The position numbers and the translations under genes are program-made. This document shows positions 62,883 through 64,000 of a DNA stretch of 64,000 bases, piece by piece. The notes under the pieces were generated by a model that saw only the letters and a list, made by a program, of their open reading frames with translations, searched no databases and had not been told where the DNA came from. The stretch comes from Lama guanicoe (Eukaryota): the NCBI GenBank assembly GCA_013239625.1, contig MU053520.1, forward strand, positions 400,934 to 464,933, written 5' to 3'. Position 1 is the first letter of the stretch. Every line of letters begins with the position of its first letter.

Positions 62883-64000
62883 AGTATATTGTGACAACTG
62901 CTATGTGGAAGTATCCTTCCTCACCTCTTGATGTATCTTACTTTATATTCTCAAATTATATTTTATTTATTTATGTTTATTGGTCATTTTCCCTACTAAA
63001 ATGCAAGCTGCTCAGGATCACTTCTTCTTCATTATGATATTCCTGGTGTGTAGAGAGGGACATGGCACCCAGGAGGTGCTCCTGTGTATTTTTGTTTCAA
63101 TAAATGAATACTTTAGAGCTGATTTTGCACATTTCAATTTTTTTTAATCAGCAAGTTCACAACTAGTAGGTTTTTGTGTGTGTGCTTCCAACTTTGTTTC
63201 TACTCCAGAACCAGCTCCCCCAATAAAGAGAGAGAGAGAGTTAGAAAAAGATAAAGTGAGTTTTCCAGGGTGGAGTGGGAGGGTCCCCCTTTCAGCCTCG
63301 TCCCTCCTGTCATACTTATTGTGAAACTGGGTCCCTAAAAGAACTCACCTTTTTCTAATGTCAAACATACTCTAAATGTATCTCTCTCCAATAAAGGAAA
63401 AGAGATCTTATGCAGACACTTAGAGAAATCAGCACTATTTTAGGGACCTGAGAGGCGTGTTCTCAAGATTCAGTTTTCTCATTTGAACAAATGCCTGTTT
63501 TTACCTACTCTTCAGGATGGTGGTAAGGATTTTAAAAATGAATATATAATGTGCCAAGTACAATGCTCGGTCAGAAGTATTACTCAATAGATATCTTTCT
63601 TCAAAAAACATTCAATATGTTTTTTCACTTCCAAAACAAACTATTCTGGACAAAACAAAGTAATGCCATTAAGTATTTGAAGAGGAAATCCAATATTTTC
63701 TGTCTAGATTTCCAAACATATAGAAATGATTTTTATTTCTTTTCCCATAATTTTGCTGAACACAAAGTCTAATGTTATCTCTATAGCCTATGAAATCCAA
63801 GAACTATTTTCTGTACTGGTTAATTAGTATACTTATTCTTTCTTGTATTATGATTGATGGTTTCTTATAAATATGTTCTCTACCCAGTTGGCTGCCTCTA
63901 CCTCCTATTTCATGCTCTGTGCTTCTCAAGGGTAAGAACTCTACATTCTACTTCTTTGGATCTTGGCCTTAATACACTGTATATTGTAGGTTTTCCAAAA

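Overview
This is AT-rich, CpG-poor eutherian genomic DNA, either intergenic or deep intronic. I find no supportable protein-coding gene, RNA gene or CRISPR array. The ORF track is explained by decayed LINE-1 (L1) sequence, N-gaps and chance. By eye, a third or more of the window is L1 of several ages. There are also two ERV1-type solo LTRs (7492-7979 with a 4-bp TSD, and about 39903-40402), old ERVL/MaLR LTRs, L2/MIR relics, microsatellites and two assembly gaps. The younger L1 3' ends look artiodactyl, and I see no ruminant, pig or whale SINEs, so a camelid is plausible (inference). The most notable structures are: (1) a ~1.07-kb mini-L1 with a probable TSD, made of an L1 5'UTR fused directly to an L1 3' end (30374-31441); (2) three more L1s that keep their 5' ends but lack 3' ends; (3) a cluster of near-identical, partly nested tandem duplications at 15.2-23.4 kb; (4) a non-L1 reverse-transcriptase relic with a YADD motif at 21287; (5) several fold-back or template-switch footprints. 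I cannot claim a new biological system. The mini-L1 is the best candidate for an undescribed non-autonomous family. Repeat family names come from recalled consensus sequences, not database searches, and boundaries of old repeats are approximate.
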